Positions 33,804 through 49,453 are shown, numbered from the stretch's first letter. The stretch: DNA of 64,000 bases from the human T2T-CHM13v2.0 reference genome, Homo sapiens (GCF_009914755.1 NC_060941.1); one strand, 5' to 3'. The notes: a model not told the origin generated them from the sequence alone. Numbers and translations: made by a program.

Positions 33804-35820
33804 TTAGTAGAGGAGGATGGAGACTCTGGAGTCAAACAACCCTTGGTTTAAATTTTTGAGTTTGCCATTAGCTAACTATGTGATTTAGGACAGGTTTCTT
33901 CTCTTTGCTTCTGGGCTGTCATCCACGAAGTAGGAATAATAATCATTGTGTTTATCACTCAGTTACAAGCATCAAGTGAGATAATATGTTCAAAAGAGTT
34001 TTGAAACCTGCAAACGTCACTAAGGTGTTATTTATGATTATCCCACATAGGAGGTGATCAGGAAAGGCTCACTAAATGAATGGGTGACTTTCTGGACTTG
34101 CTTCTATTTTTACTCCAGCTCTGTGAACGTCAATTCTTTAGAGTTTTTTTTTTTTTTTTAAATGGACTTTAACCTAACTCTGCAGAGACCTTGAGGCAAG
34201 GCAGCCAGGAGTTCCCCATCACTTCATAAAGCTCACCACCTAAGTGCTCCAGCTTTGTCCCTCTCATAAGTCAACAGGGTGGGTGGGGGCTGGGAGGGGA
34301 AACAAAGGAGCTGTTAGCAGGTAGGAGCAAATCAGCCCATCTCTGTGCAAGTCACCACCAATAAAACTTAATCAATGCAACCCCTTTTAAGTTGGTTGGA
34401 TCAGTGACCCAGAAAATAGCTCCCCTGCAGAAAAGGAAATGATAGTCAATAAACTGAGACGTCAATGGGAAAAATCTATTAAAGAGAGTGAGATATCAGG
34501 AGACCTCTGGTGTTAACGGAGACCCTTTGGAATGGAGCCATGGATCCAAGAGCAAGTTTTTAACCCTCTCGAGGCCCAGAGTAGCCTCTGCCCCAACTCA
34601 GTCGGCAGCAGAGCCTGCAGCTTCTGCAGCTTCGCTGGGCCCCTGGGTCTCCCCACACCATATTGAGGAGTACCTGCTGTCTAATTTCTTTGTGCCACTT
34701 GCCTGTTCAAACTGGTGCTTTGGGGTGCACGTGTTCCCTCCTAGGTGGTCAGCAGGTGGGGTTGGCCTGAGGCTCTGTTTGGGGTGCTGCCTAGAGATGA
34801 CACCTCTCTGGCCCACAGAGAAATGAGCTGGAGGTCTCTGCCTCAGTTCCCTCCGAGTTATAACACCTGCTCTGACCTGGGTGTTGGGAGCTAGAGGTCA
34901 ATGCCTTGCCCTTGACCAGGCCTCCTGACACCGTCCTGCCAGTTAGCAGGAGCCACTCCTCTAGAGTTTAAAAGGAAGCGAAACCTGTCCCCAAGAAACC
35001 GGCTGAAGATAAGGTAAAGCGCATGGCACAATAGCGTTCGCGTGGCACAGTGGCGTTCACTTGGCCTGCACACTGCTTCAGCGACTCTTCCAGCTCGCTG
35101 TCATCAAGCAGGGCAGGGAACGAGGGACACTGTGGTGGGCTGGTGGGCTTCAGGGTAAAGCTATGTTAAACAGAAAAACTTGGGAGCACATTGGTAGGAG
35201 AGCAGCTCTCGTGATAGTGTGTGCTGGTTCTGGGAATGCTGCACAGCCTGTGCCATGCCTGTTGTCACCAGCAGCACCAGGCTGCACATACTGTGTCTGT
35301 CTGTGTCTGTGTCTGTGTGTGTAGCTGCTGAGTTTGTCTCACAGAGCCAAGGCTGCTGCTAAAGAACGTCACCAACAGACAGTGACAATGTCTTCAGTAA
35401 AGGACATTTGGACATGCTGATGCATTGCAAATAAATGTGAAAATGTTAGAGTAAGTTTAAAAGGGGGCATGTTTACATGGAATTGGGGTGAGCTTGACAG
35501 GGCCTGGCTTGGGCAGAGGGTTGCAGGGAGCAAGACTTGTGCCTTTCCTCCTTTCATTTGCTTTTGGACACAACCTTTTGCTGGTGAACTCTCTGTCCAG
35601 TGACTACATGCACCCTTTATTATTATTATTGCTATTGTTTAATCTTTGAGTTTTACAGTCTCTCTTTAGAAACAGGGGAGTCACAGAGCCACGGTATTTA
35701 TGTCATCTAGATCAGCCGACTGTAGGGGAGATATTGACAATTTCCTGGTCTATTTGGGACAGTTCCAGGGCCCACAGGTGGGTGACTGTGCTTCAAGAAG
35801 CCACAAAGCTCACACGAATC

Positions 35821-35862
35821 AGCTAAGATTAGCTTAGCTAAGATTAGCTAAGCTAAGATTAG
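35821..35862. repeat. 15-bp-period tandem repeat, (AGCTAAGATTAGCTW) x~3
   Basis: AGCTAAGATT AGCTT AGCTAAGATT AGCTA AGCTAAGATT AG. Confidence 0.9.
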
Positions 35863-36779
35863 TTGATCACAGATACATATCCCCAGATAGAGGTAAAGGG
35901 CATCCTCACAGCTCCCTCCTTCCTTCTCTCCTGCTGCTGCCCGTGTTGCTTATGGGAAGTCAGCTGTTATGGGGATAGGAGTGGTTAAATGCAGTGGGGG
36001 TTGTGAAAGATGTCCTAATATGTTTGTGGGGGTTGCTTATAAGCAATTTTATGAATATATAATTTTTGGAACTGGGCTGGTCCTGTTCCTATAACACAGG
36101 AACGCACCAGGAGAATCACTTTTCCTAACAGTATGAGAACCAGATGGGTCTCTGTCTTCATTCACCCCCTCAGATTGGCCATGGACTCTGGGAGGTTGGT
36201 GGGGGGTGTTTAGTGGTAAAAGAATAAATTGACAAATATGCCCCAGACACAGGAGTCGAGTCCCTGGTTCCTCTGAGTCATGAGTTTACGCCTTTTTTAG
36301 GGTCTGGTGGTTTTTCTTTGGCATTTCAGGGAGCATTCAGAAAGCACTGATGTGCCCTAAGTCAGCATGGTGAGCCCAGAGGCTAGGGTGAGGCTTCCTC
36401 CACTCCCATCCCAGGAGTAGGGCAGGGGTGTTCCTTAGAGACCTCGCTCTCTCATCCCCTTCAACTCAGTGACCCCCTCAACTGCAGAGGCCTGTGAAGA
36501 TGGAGCCTGATGTAGCTGAGGATAATGAATACTCATTCCTGGGCAGGCCGCCTGAGCTCTAGAGTTAGGGGAGCTTTCTCGGAGTTTCACGGTGATCTCG
36601 TTCTAGCTGTGTGAAACTGGGCATCACTTTACCTCTCCGAGCCTCAGTCTCCTCATCTGTAAAATGAGGGCCGATAATATCTCCCTCACAGTGTTGCTTT
36701 TAGGATCAAACAAGACAAGGTATGTATAACATATTTATCGTGGTCACTGGCACAAAAAAGGAGCTTGGAAATGGTAGGT

Positions 36780-36784
36780 TTTTT

Positions 36785-36824
<40 letters not shown>

Positions 36825-37092
36825 TTGAGACAGAGTCTCACTCTGTCACCCAGGCTAGAGTGCAGTGGCATGATCTCGGCTAACTGCAACCTCCACCTGC
36901 TGGGTTCAAGCAATTCATTTGCCTCAGCCTCCCAAGTAGCTGAGACTACAGGCATGTGCCACCATGCCCTGCTAATTTTTGCAGGGTTTCACCATATTGG
37001 CCAGGCTGATCTACAAACTCCTGACCTTGTGATCTGCTCGCCTCCGCCTCCCAAAGTGCTAGGATTACAGGAGTGAGCCACAGCGCTGGGCT
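36780..37092 (-). mobile_element. AluS with a (TTTA)n tail
   Basis: TSD tggaaatggtag. Confidence 0.9.
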
Positions 37093-37314
37093 GGAAATGG
37101 TAGTTCTTTTACTCTTCCAAGACAGGGTCTTATTTGCAAAAACGAGCATCCTATGTTACAAGCTGTGAGTGAGGGATTTTTTGAAACAGAGTCGCTCTGC
37201 TGATAGGAATGCGTGTCCGTTGTAGAACGGGGTGGGGTGGGCAGGGGGCGTGTGTCCCTTGGGCTTTGACCACAGGGTGCCAAGTCCAGAGGTCTGTCGG
37301 GAGTTGTGTGCTGC

Positions 37315-37332
37315 TGCCACAAGGTGGCAGTG
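37315..37332 (+). promoter_or_regulatory. Candidate CTCF site
   Basis: TGCCACAAGGTGGCAGTG closely matches the CTCF core CCASYAGRKGGCRS. Confidence 0.6.
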
Positions 37333-39235
37333 TTGGCAAACAAACCACATCCTCCACTGCTACGAGGCCTAGATGGGAAGAATTTTACCTCCAGTTTAAA
37401 TTCTTTTTAGAAAGGGAATACTTAATTCCATGATTCTACACCTTGGGAATGGAGGCCCACAGAGGGGAAGAGCTTTGCCCAATATCACAGAATGAGTTGG
37501 TGGCAGAGCTGTGCCCTTTATCTGGGACTCCTGACAGTTTATTCATGAAACACGCATTTGCCATACTGCTCTTCCCTTAGCTTCATTCACATCCTTGGCT
37601 TGGGTTTGGGGGGTAGTGGGAATTACTTGGGGGCTCCAGAGTCCTTGGTTCAGTCTTTGCATCTCTGTTTTCAGTGGAGCTAGTGGGACCCAAAAAGGTT
37701 TACATGATTACCTGAGATAAATTGTGGGATCCCAGAGTCCCCAAGATCTTGACTCTATATCCACACCTCACTTAACGGTTTATCAGTATCCTAGTGACAG
37801 AGGCGATGAGAAACCCATGATCTCCCCTCCACCACCCCCTCCCCAGCAATAGCTTGTTATTCCCTTAAGTCCAGGGTGAATGGGTGGGGTGGGCTGGGCT
37901 GGTTTGTCTGCTTAGTCCCAGGATTAGGAGGACCCCGTCTGGCTGTGTTTGTTAAGGAGGCAGCCTGAAGTGCATTTGGCTTCTGCTACATGTCAGGAAC
38001 TAGGTGAGTGCTAATCTCCTGACCCTCGTTGAGTAACTGGGAGAAGATTACACCCAACTCCCAGCTGAGGACGTTGAGGCTCAGAGGGGTGAAGTAGCTC
38101 ATCCAGGACTTCCTGATGCTGAGCCTCTTCTCTTAAGGAGTTGGCCCAATAGGGTGAGGAGGGATGAGATGGCCCGCCTTTATGATCTGTGTCCTCAGAC
38201 CAGCATCTTTGTCCTGCCACAGAAAGCCCCCTATGAATAGAACCTTCTTTGCACAAACTCCTTGCCTCCTGCCACTTCACCCCCTCCCCATTGCAGCTTC
38301 CCACGAGTTCCTTTCCAGAGCCGTCGCTTGCTGAACGGGTTGCTAGTGGAAATGTGGTTTTCAAATTTGGGAAATCTCCATTAAGTCCTTTTATTTAAGG
38401 AGGATGTCATTATCGCGCCTCCCTGAGGACTATTACGGTTCTATTAGGCAAGGCCGCAGACTTCCTAGGTACTGTCTGGGGTCTGATTCCTGGGCAGGAA
38501 AATGCAAGACAGGAAGAAGGGGAGGGGGGTTCAGAGAGAGAACAGAGGCTGGGGAGGGGAAGCAGAAAGAAGAAAGGAGGAGAAAGAATGAAAGAGAATG
38601 CGGGAGGGAAAGAGAAAGGAGTGAGGAAGTGACAGAGGGAGAGGCAAAGAGCCCCTCACCCCCCAGGCAGAGGAGAGAGGGCAGAGGAGACCCTGGGCCA
38701 CTTGGCCATCCGACAGTCTAGAGGATTTACAATGAAACTGGACGCGAGCTGCCCGGAACTGGCTTCTCTCTTTCATTAGAGACAGGGGATCCTGGGGAGT
38801 TCTTCATGCCTTCCAGCTGCCAGCCCACCTTGGGGCCTCCACGTTCAGATTTGGGAGAGGCCTCAGTGAGGGCTGGGAGGGAGGAAGAGGATGCCCAGGG
38901 AGGGTGGTTCTGGAAACTAGGTCTGAGCTCAGTTGGCCCAGAAGGGTGTTGGCCTGCCTGACCACTCTGGTGAACATAATGTTTTCCCATTCTCTGCTGC
39001 CCCCTCTAGAAGGCAAGCTCCAGAAAAGCAGACCTTCTCTCTGTTCTGTGTTCTCTCTGCTCCCAGTCACTAGAACAGTGCCAGACGCATAGTACGTGTT
39101 CCATAAGTGTTTGTGGAGAGAATAGTAAATAATAGAAGTGGAAACAATTCCACTGCTTCCCCATCCTCTCCCTTGCTGCATTCAGAGCAAAGGTGGATGG
39201 ACCTCCTCTCTGTTCTCAGTAAAGGCTTGTGACCC

Positions 39236-39238
<3 letters not shown>

Positions 39239-39270
<32 letters not shown>
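39239..39270. repeat. (AC)16 microsatellite
   Basis: Direct read. Confidence 0.95.
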
Positions 39271-39272
<2 letters not shown>

Positions 39273-40544
39273 GGGCAGGAGGGTCAGGAATCGCATGGCA
39301 AGCAGCTGACACTGGCTTGGCCAAATGAGAAAGGAAAATATATATGCCCCTCCTGGGACCTTCTTGTTAGGGGGTTACCATCTGCGGGCTGCCTGCTGGA
39401 AGTGCTTTAGCCTCTGGGCAGGAAGGCTGATGTTCTGCGACAAACATCCTGGCTGGGAAATCCCCTGGCTCGTAGGTCCCTAGGGCCTGGGCAGCCTCCT
39501 TCCACGCCATCCTGCCCTCTTCAGACCTTCCCCTGGCTCCTGGGCCTGAAGCCGGGCCACCTCTCTCTGCCTCTGAGGGGCTCCCCCGTGAGAGCTAGCC
39601 CAGTGCCCCTGGGGCGTCCCCTCCCTCGGAGCTCCTGTGCTGAAGTGATTAATGAGGCAGGGACAAAGCCTTTCTTACCAGCTGTGTCAACATGCCCCTT
39701 ACCCCGCGGCCCTGCTAGCTACAGGTATGGGGAAGCAGCCCCCCACCCCCACACCACTGCCCTAGGCAATTGCCTCCTCCAAGCCTGTTTGCCCCTTACC
39801 TGGGCTCTCTTCAGGGTCCCAGGCCTCCCACTGGGCCATCAGTGTCTGATGGTGATGATGATGATGATGATTTTATGATGCTTACAGCACTTGATGTTTG
39901 CTGAGAGCATGACTCTCCTTTTTCTCAGCTCATCTTTCCAGCTGCCTGAGCCAGGGGATCAGGTGTGGCTGTCTTTGGGTGACGGGGAGCAACTGGGCTA
40001 CAGTTGCTGGGACTGATACTGCCTCCTCTGTGAAGCCTTCCCTGATCACCTCTAGCAGGCTTTGTGTCTATCCCTCTCCTCCCGTCCCTTTGTGTGTGGA
40101 GCTCGTCTGTTCCCCTCACTGCTTCCTTAAGGGAGGAGATTCCTTCTCTGGGTATGCATCTTTGTACCTCATCCCTCTTTCCCCACACCTCCATTCTCAA
40201 GACAGCCTAGCACGGTGCTTGGCGCGTGCTATGTGCTATGATAAATACTTATGGAATGAACCAATGACTTGTAGATCTGGAATGATCTGGAATTCCATGG
40301 CGTAGGTCTGTGTTGTCTGTGGTTCTGCAGACTGATTACCTTGTGTTTGATCTGTCTCAGACCTGCCCAGGACCACACATCCTGCCTCTGGCCCCAGCTG
40401 GTCTTTGTGGGGTTTCTAGTGGTTGCTGCCCAAGGAACTCTGTTGGGGAGGACGGTGACCTTGTGCTGGGGAGGACGATGACCTTGTGCTGGGGAGTGGT
40501 GAGGGTGCGGTGGGGATTCAGAAAGCTGGAAGCAGCCACATGCT

Positions 40545-40820
40545 TTTTTTTTTTTTTTTTAATGAACATTACATTTTAGAATAATGTTAGACCTATAGAA
40601 AAGCTGCAATGATAGCACATAGTTCTCATATACCCTTTACCCAGTTTCCCCTCATGGTAACATATTATGTAACTCTGGTACTTTTGTCAAAACTGAGAAA
40701 TTAACGTTGGTACATTACTAGTAATTAACTCCAGTCTTCATTTGGATTCCACCAGTTTTTCCATTAATATCTTCATTCTGTTCCAGGATCTAATCCTGGA
40801 TACAGCATTGTATTTAGCCT
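40545..40820 (-). mobile_element. L1M 3' end fragment
   Basis: Poly-T followed by tagaaaagctgcaa...tttacccagtttcccc...gtcaaaactgagaaattaacgttggtaca. Confidence 0.7.
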
Positions 40821-41028
40821 GCATGATTTTGAAGATGGTGTTTTATGTAATATGCATGCAAGTGTTGCTCTCTTCCTTATAACCTATCCGAGTTGTTTTT
40901 AGGTAAGAATAAAGGTTCTCCCTGCCAAACATTTCAGTAAAATATTGCCACCATGTTTATTTATTGTGGCTTTTTAGACTGTGCTGCATACTGCCACATG
41001 CTCTGTGGAGGGTGAAGCACCATTTTCA

Positions 41029-41433
<405 letters not shown>

Positions 41434-42600
41434 CTAGTGTAGGGCTGGGAAGAGCAGAGGGGCAGTGGGAAAGGATGTATATTTGGGGACGATTTGAGGG
41501 GTAGAAGGTTCTCCAGGTGGGAGGCGACATGGTGTTTGAGTTGTGAGTGGAATAAATGTCCCGGGGTCCCCTGGTTCACTGGTCCCAGCTTTGTCTCTTC
41601 CTATTTGCTTATCTGTCTTTTCACGTGTATCTATTTGGTGCATCACAGTTGGTCCTGCTTTTGCTTGCATTCCTGGTAAACTGGAATAATTAGAGTTAAA
41701 TTTTCAATTAGAATGTTAGCGGATGTTCTGTTAATAATAACAGTGGCGAACATTCCACCTCACTTTAAGCTTCCTGTGGAGCTAGGTCCTTGGAGTCCAG
41801 AAGGGCTGGAGGAGAAAGAAGCCGGAATACAGGAGGGGTGATGGGTCAGCTAAGGTCCCCACTCTTTGGCCTCCTCCACAGACTGGCTCCCTTTGTGGTT
41901 TGCACGTCTCTGAACAATGTCTGCTGATGTTGTCTTCCACACACACTGGCTTCTAATTCTCTCTCTCTGTTGCTTAGGCTAGTCTTGAGCTCCTGGGACC
42001 AAGGGATCCTCCTGCCTTGCCCTCCCAAAAGTGTTGAGGTTACAGGCGTGAGCCACTGCTCCTGACCCTGGTTTCTAATTATAATTGCCTCAAAAGGTTG
42101 GCAGGCTGGTGGGGCTACGGGAGGGTGTGGGAGGTATAGCACTTGGAATCTGGTTTTGTAATTCTTCCTATTTTTGAAAATATAGCCAGTGACATCTGGG
42201 AGAGTCCAGCTGAAGGCTGGAGGGCAGGGAGAGGGGACTGAAGACCTTTCCACTGTGCTGGGGACAGGACACCCTGCTGGGTGGGCCTGCGGTCCAAGGT
42301 CCAGGACACTCCCTCGGGCTTACATCCAAGGTCTCCCCAGGCCTGGCACTTACTGGAGGAGGCGGGCTCCTAAAGGCCAGCACGCAGTCAGCACACCAGG
42401 AGGGCACTGAGCATGGGCATCTCCTGAGCCCTCTGGAGAGGAGGCAACTCCTTTGATCTCTGGGTGGAGGGAGCCATGATGTGTGTAGTGGGGGCAATGG
42501 GCATTCACCACCATCTTCTTCCTAATTCTCTGCTACAGATTCTCTTCCTGATCTTCATGCAATAATCTCAAATGTCTATAAGAGGTGATCACTACCATAA

Positions 42601-43004
<404 letters not shown>

Positions 43005-43879
43005 GGAACATAGATTTATTGTGCCAGACATGCTTTGGGGTATCGCCTGCTCATTCCAGCCTCTGTAGGAGGGACCAGGCTAAACAGTGTTGGTGTCCTA
43101 AGTCCCTGTCTCTGCTCACTGCCCCCAGTGATTGGAGCAGAGGTGGGCAGTTTATCTAAAGACGGCCAACTACAGCCTGGCTAGTGACCCAAAGCCCTGC
43201 CCTGAACCAGGAGCTGGGTAAGTCACATTCCTGTCTCAACTGGGAAACAGAAGTTGGACCCACTAGCAGGTGGGATAGTAGTTGAAAGAGATTCCAAGAG
43301 GTTGAGGATGAAAAGCCAAAACCTTATTAAGCCAAAGTGACAAGGGAAGTGAGAAAACAGAGTGAAAGAAGCTGTTGGCAGAGAGAGGAGAACAAGAGGA
43401 CAGATGTCCAGAGAGAAGCAGAGTGACCACGAGTCAGGGGCCAACCGCCGTCACCCTTCTCAGTGGCTTTCCCATTCCCATTCTGTTTCTAAACTGCTAG
43501 CCACATATATCCTTGCCACAAACTCCCCTTTTCCTTGAGGTGACTTAAGGGGACCTCTGTTCCTTGTAGATAAATGAGCCAGACCAGAATAGAGATCTGT
43601 CTTGCCCACTCCTGGGAGCCTTGTTCCCACCTTCCAGCATCCTTCAGATGGTGAGATATTCTCTAGAACTTTGAGTTGGAACAGGGAGTGTGTTTCTCAT
43701 GCATAATTTGTACCATGCTTCTGGTGGATTATGTGGGAAATGGGTTCTGGGGGTCTGACTGGGGAACCTAAGCACCATGAGAGAAAACGAGTCTTGAATT
43801 TTGACCAAGGCTCTCTGTGGTTGGGGTCTGAACAGGGTGCTCCTGTGCTGCCCAGTTGGGATCTCACTTCTCTTTCCAT

Positions 43880-45595
43880 TGCGTCTCGAATCTAAAATGC
43901 TACCCAAGTCTCTCTCACTTTCTAAAGCCTGCTCATTTTCTCGCTACCTCTGGACCCTGTGGCTCCCACATACTACCACCTCTTTCCTCTTTCCCCAGAA
44001 CTTATCGAAGGAGCTGTCCACACTCACTGCCTCCACTTCCTCACCTCCCATGGATTCCTCAACTCGCTTTCCACCCTTCCATGGAAATGATCTGTGGTTT
44101 AATGAGGTGCAGACTTTGGTCAATTTTGAAATTGCTCTTGCTAAAGTCATCAATGGCCAACTTGTCTTCAAACTACGGCTTGGTTCTTGTCCTCATGCTC
44201 TTCTCGCTCTGGTGGGTGGAACCCTTTCTCCTCTTTTCGTTTATAAGCTCTCCTGGTCTCCTGGATGTCACTCTTTCCTGCTCTTCCTCCCAGATCTCCC
44301 TTGCTGCCCCCTGGTCTCCCTTATTTCTTCCACTTTCCACTGTTGGCTTCTCACCTTCAGCTGTCTTCTCCCTCTAAACTCTCCCCGGGTCAGCTCACCC
44401 AGGCTCATATACCCTCTGCTCACACAGCAGTATCTCCAGCCTAAACTTTTCCCTGAGCCCTAAGCATATCATATCTCATCTGATCATTTTATCAGAACAA
44501 TCTTCCATGCATGTCTGAGTCAACAAATCCCACAGACGAGCACATCTTCTGCTCCCCAACTTGTGCCTCCTCCCGTATTTACCTATTCGTATACGGTTAC
44601 CACTATGTAAAATTGCCCAAATGAGAAAACTGGAAATCAAGCTAGACTCCTTTCTCATCCTCACCCTGCACATATAGTTACTCACTAAGTTGTATAGCTT
44701 CTTACCAGAAATCTCACTAAACTCCATCCCTGCTCTCTGTTTCCACCAGCAGTGCCTTGGTTCAGGCCTTTATCATTCCTCCCTGAATTAATGCAAAATA
44801 TCCCAACTGACTTTTCTACCTCCCCACACTTCCAGTTTCAATCCCTCCTTTCCATGGTTGCCAGCATTCTCTTTCAAAAAACAGATCAAAACATGCCATC
44901 TTCTGTCTATAAGCTTCCAGAGTCTCCCCATTGCCAACAGAATAAAATCCCATTTTTAATCTCAGCATTCAAGGCCTTTCATAGTCTATGCTGAGTTTAT
45001 TTCACCTGCCACCCCAGCCCATCACCTACTTTTTAATTTTAAAAATTTTAAATTAAAAAATTTTAATTAAAAAAAACTGTTTTGTAGAGACAAAGTCTCA
45101 TTATGACGCCTAGGCTAGTTTTGAAATCCTGGCCTCAAGAAATCCTCCTACCTCAGCATCTCAAAGTGCTGGGATTACGGGTATGAGCCACCAGGCCTGG
45201 ACCCATCACCTACTTTTACTGTATGCTTTGCTCAGCCTCCTGGCCTGTAATCACAATGCTTTCTTTCACACTCTGCCTTAGCACATACAGGTTCTTGTCT
45301 GAAAAGTGCTAGTCCGTCTGTCTCGCACAATTCTACTTGTGTCCTACTCTGCGAAATCCCTCCCCACTATCAGCTAAATAGTTGTCCTCTCTAAATTTCC
45401 ACATTCCTTTATCTTCAAAGAGCACACATAGCTTCGTATTGCAGTTATTTTTCTTTATCTATCTCACTGTACTAGGCTGTAAATATTTTGAGGCCAAGGA
45501 TCATGTCTGACTCAACCAATGCCTGGCAGTGTCTGGCATATATAGTCAGTGGATGCCTATTACTGAAGAAATTAACGAATGAACAAATGAATGAG
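43880..45595 (+). mobile_element. Fragmented L2 element with a FLAM insert at ~45075-45200
   Basis: Pyrimidine-rich L2 hallmarks (gaaattgctcttgctaaagtcatcaatg, atctccagcctaaactttt, gttcaggcctttatcatt, ttcaaggcctttcat) ending in a gaatgaa-type tail. Confidence 0.7.
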
Positions 45596-45620
45596 TGATT
45601 TTGGTTTCTGGGCCTACGTC

Positions 45621-46482
45621 TTTCTTTTTTTTTTTTTTTTTTTTTGAGACGGAGTCTGGCCCTGTCACCCAGGTTGGAGTTCAGTGGCGCAATCTTGGCT
45701 CACTGCAAGTTCCGCCTCCTGGGTTCACGCCATTCTCCTGCCTCAACCTCCCAAGTAGCTGGGACTGCAGGTGTCCGCCACTACACCCGGCTAATTTTTT
45801 TGTATTTTTAGTAGAGACAGGGTTTCCCCATGTTAGCCAGGATGGTATCGATCTCCTGACTTCATGATCTGCCCACCTCGGCCTCCCAAAGTGCTGGGGT
45901 TACAGGCATGAGACACCGCACCTGGCTCCTGGGCCTATCTCTTCCTAGGCTGTGAATATAAACTGTGGTGAGTAGGGCTTGGGAATACATCTCACACCCT
46001 GTTTGTCAACATTTCCCCAGGACAATGCCTGGCACAATGCTCTCAGTGCTGATGCATTGGATGTGCAAAAGGTCCTGGGTTCAGGCCAATTTAGATTTCT
46101 TTGGCATGAAGAGCAGCAAATTAACATTCCTCTCTCCCTATTACAGATGAGACAGATGAGCTTAGAAATCTTAAACAACTCAGCAGGCTGGGCGCGGTGG
46201 CTCACGCCTATAATCCCAGCACTTTGGGAGGCCGAGGCGGGTGGATCACGAGGTCAGGAGATCGAGACCATCCTGGCTAACACGGTGAAACCCCATCTCT
46301 ACTAAAAAATACAAAACATTAGTCGGGCGTGGTGGTGGGTACCTGTAGTCCCAGCTGCTCGGGAGGCTGAGGCAGGAGAATGGCGTGAACCTAGGAGGCG
46401 GAGCTTGCAGTGAGCCGAGATCGCACCACTGCGCTCCTGCCTAGGCGACAGAGCGAGACTCTGTCTCAAAAAAAAAAAAAAA
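45621..46482. mobile_element. Head-to-head AluY pair (45621-45925 minus; 46187-46482 plus)
   Basis: Y diagnostics and TSDs. Confidence 0.9.
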
Positions 46483-46770
46483 AGAAAGCTTAAATAACTC
46501 GTCCTAGGTGTATGGTGGCATCAGATAATCTAAGGGACAGGGGCATTAGGGGTTACTGACCAATGTGGAGCCCTCAGCACACATGGAATGATTGTGATCC
46601 CAAGCAGAATTAATGTGGGCACATTGTTCTCTGCAGGCTGTAGGTCTTCTCACTGGGGCTTGTATTCCAGGAAGGGGCCTTCTCTGGCTGGCCCAGATTT
46701 AGAGTGAGGGGAGTGAGGAACTCACCACAGGCCCAAAATGTAAGGGGCACCGAGTAATCAAGATAAATAA

Positions 46771-48604
<1,834 letters not shown>

Positions 48605-48944
48605 GTTATCTATCTTGATTTCTGAGTTTTGGGGCACTCCCTTAAGTTGTGTTGGAGGCAAATGCCTTAATTGTCTCTTAGGGCCTTCCCCCATTGTACC
48701 GTGGGTTCTAAGATGGGCAGCTGCCAGTAAAGACTGGGCCCTGGGGTTCAGTTCCCTTGGTTCCCTGGCTGACTGCAGCCCCAAGCAGCCTGGACAAAAC
48801 AGCTGTGGGCAGATACTTCCTGTCCCTCAGGAATTGTTGCATGAGGTTTTGGTTTGGCTTCTTTAGGAAATTAGGTCTCCCTTCATCCACTGGTGTTTCT
48901 TTGTTGAACAGCTGTCATCAGCCAGCCACCAAACGTGACAGAAT

Positions 48945-49212
48945 TGGGTTTCTCACACTGTTGCCCAGGCTGGGGTGCAGTGGTGCAAACATGGCTTACT
49001 GCACCCTCAATCTCCCAGGCTCAAGTGATCCTCTCATCTCAGCCCCACCAAGTAGTTAGGATTACAGGTGTGCACCACCACACCTGGCTAATTTTTGTAC
49101 TTTTTGTAGAGAAGGGGTTTCACCATGTTGCCCAGGCTGGCCTCAAACTCCTGAACTCAAGTGATCTGCTTTCCTTGGCCTCCCAAAGTGCTGCAATTAC
49201 AAGCACCGGCCT
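48945..49212 (-). mobile_element. Old Alu (J-like)
   Basis: Diverged reverse Alu. Confidence 0.85.
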
Positions 49213-49453
49213 GGCTTCTAAATGTCTTCTAAAGCCTGCCCTCCTCTGCATCCCCACTGCCCTGCTTGTCAGCCCTGCTCTCTTCTGACTGTCCTCCTGC
49301 CTCCAGCCCCACCCCTTTCCACACCAGCCTTCACAGTGCCACCAGGGTCACCTGGACAAAGTGCACATATCCCCTTGGTGTTTCCCTGCTCAACTCTCCA
49401 GTGCCCTCGGCACGGAGTCCCAATGCAAAGGCAGTTTCACCAATGCCCTGACC

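Noticed and set aside
35821-35862. CRISPR-like appearance of short spaced repeats (also 18764-18818 and 16207-16257)
   Set aside because: No unique spacers, only 2-3 units, no cas genes and a human context.
43020-43580. Possible old ERVL/MaLR LTR
   Set aside because: Too diverged to assign a family or ends by eye.
43801-44463. 220-aa and 173-aa plus-strand ORFs
   Set aside because: They lie in pyrimidine-rich, decayed L2 sequence and are Leu/Ser/Pro-biased with no domain.
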